Shown: positions 62,401 to 64,000 of the stretch, in pieces | Layout: every line of letters starts with the position of its first letter | Numbering within the stretch: the stretch's first letter is position 1 | Source: Hemiscyllium ocellatum | Lineage: Eukaryota | Assembly: GCF_020745735.1 (NCBI RefSeq) | Contig: NC_083430.1 | Span: 42,523,375 to 42,587,374, forward strand | DNA length: 64,000 nucleotides | Direction of reading: 5' to 3' | Position numbers and translations under genes: made by a program | The notes under the pieces: generated by a model | Told to the model about the DNA's origin: nothing | What the model saw: the letters and a program-made list of their open reading frames with translations, nothing else | Databases searched by the model: none

Positions 62401-64000
62401 CTGACTTTATTTATTCCGCTCTCGACTTGTCTCTCCAACTCCGGCATTTTTAAAAAAAACATCTGAATTGCGCGATGCTGTCAAATGTTATTTTTAATTT
62501 TGTAGTAAATACAGGAGTGCCCGACTATTAATCCTCATGGATATTTTCTGTACCCCCCCCCCCCCCCGCCGCCTTTGGCTGGGGATGGTTGTGTTTTCAA
62601 CATACCCGTTGATTATTTGCATTTTTACAATTTTATTTATTTATTATGGTTTTTATTTGCTCGGTTAATGTTGATGCAACATGTGGCTCGGCCTCATTGT
62701 TGTGCCGAGTTGACGCATGGCCGACCTGAACATTTTTAGTACACGTGGATTAACTAGTGATAACCGCGAATGGCTTCTTGGTCATAGATGCGTTGGGAAA
62801 CTTGTGGCATCAATGGAATCTTTATGTCTTGAAGCTTTTGCTGTCTGTGCAGATTTTGAATTGACTACTGTGCTTTACAAATAAGCCCCCTTCTTTGAAA
62901 TATATAATAATTACTTGGTTTGAACGTGGTATCCATCTCTCGAGCATGAGTGAGTAGTTAGGTAAGGGGAGAGCTTTCAATAATGATTGGTATTTTTAAT
63001 TTGTTGGAGTTTTTTTGATGGGTCATGTACTTGCTGTATTTCAGTTAGCTCAGGTGGTGGATGAATCTTTTTATGTGTTTAAATTCTTGTGTATGTTTAT
63101 GTTTGAATCTTGGAATTTTTTTGAATGGAGCCTCTTGAAATTGCCAGTGATTTGATGCTTCATTGCGCCACATTTGGAGATGAGAATTATGTAATTTCTG
63201 CTGCATTACTGATGTTGGTGCTGAAAGATAGCTTTCATCGTTTGAAATAATTTAATTTCAACCCAGAGACTTCAGTCTGAAATACCACACAATGTATTTC
63301 ATAAGTTTCATTGAATTGGATTGTATGAATTCCAAGTTGCACGTTTAGTTCATGATATAGTTTGCACTTGTCAAACTTAGGTAAATTGTGCAATTGATGG
63401 AATAGTTTGATCGGTAATGCATACATTTGAGCATTCACTTTGGAGCATTGTTTTTAGACCACTTGAATAGTAGCGATCAACCCATTTGTTTTTAAAAGAA
63501 CAATCATGGAAATCATACTTTCCACTACATGATCATGTCATCACAAGTAATAAAAATGATCTTGATATGTTTTAAGACATCTTTAGGTTGTTAAAGGTGT
63601 TATCAATGCAAATAATTAGAAAATTGTTGACTTCTTTTCAAAAAATAATTCCTGAAGTTTATCTAAGATTATCCTGTGCTTTGCTTAGGCCAGAGCTGGT
63701 TTGCTTCATAATATTCTGCTTGTGTTTTTGTGCATATAGCTGTTAATAATTGTATTAAGTGCTTAGTATCTTATAAACATCTATGAAGATAAAATTGAGT
63801 GTACTGGAGTTATATTTGGTTTATTCAAGCATTCCCCTCCCAATAAGCGCATGACAATATACTTATAAATATCCCATTGTTCACTATATGGCTATATCTT
63901 TTCCTCATTTCATTTGTGATATAGCTCTGAAAGCAAATGGACAATTATGTGTGGTAGCTGTTTGAAAGGGCTTTTAGCTTCTCTCTGGTCTTGCTTCCCT

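Overview
Vertebrate genomic DNA, most likely a shark (inferred from HE1-type SINEs, CR1 LINEs and Penelope-like elements). It carries a housekeeping cluster: coding exon 1 of DNAJC8 (- strand, continuing off the left edge), complete 3-exon ATP5IF1 (+, 113 aa), a tRNA-Trp(CCA) head-to-head with complete 8-exon RPL13A (+, 205 aa) hosting three intronic C/D snoRNAs (two U33-type, one U34), and the CpG-island promoter and non-coding first exon of an unidentified + strand gene at ~61.6 kb. The rest is mobile DNA (nested CR1 LINEs, SINEs, solo LTRs, a Tx1/L1 remnant) and four tandem arrays; all the very long ORFs in the track are artefacts of those arrays. The most striking pattern is about 19 Penelope-like insertions from three main families, mostly 100-210 bp and several fold-back. 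They have 11-18 bp target-site duplications, carry intact or decayed minimal hammerhead-ribozyme motifs, and tend to be truncated or inverted at the ribozyme. Gene names come from recalled homology, not database searches.
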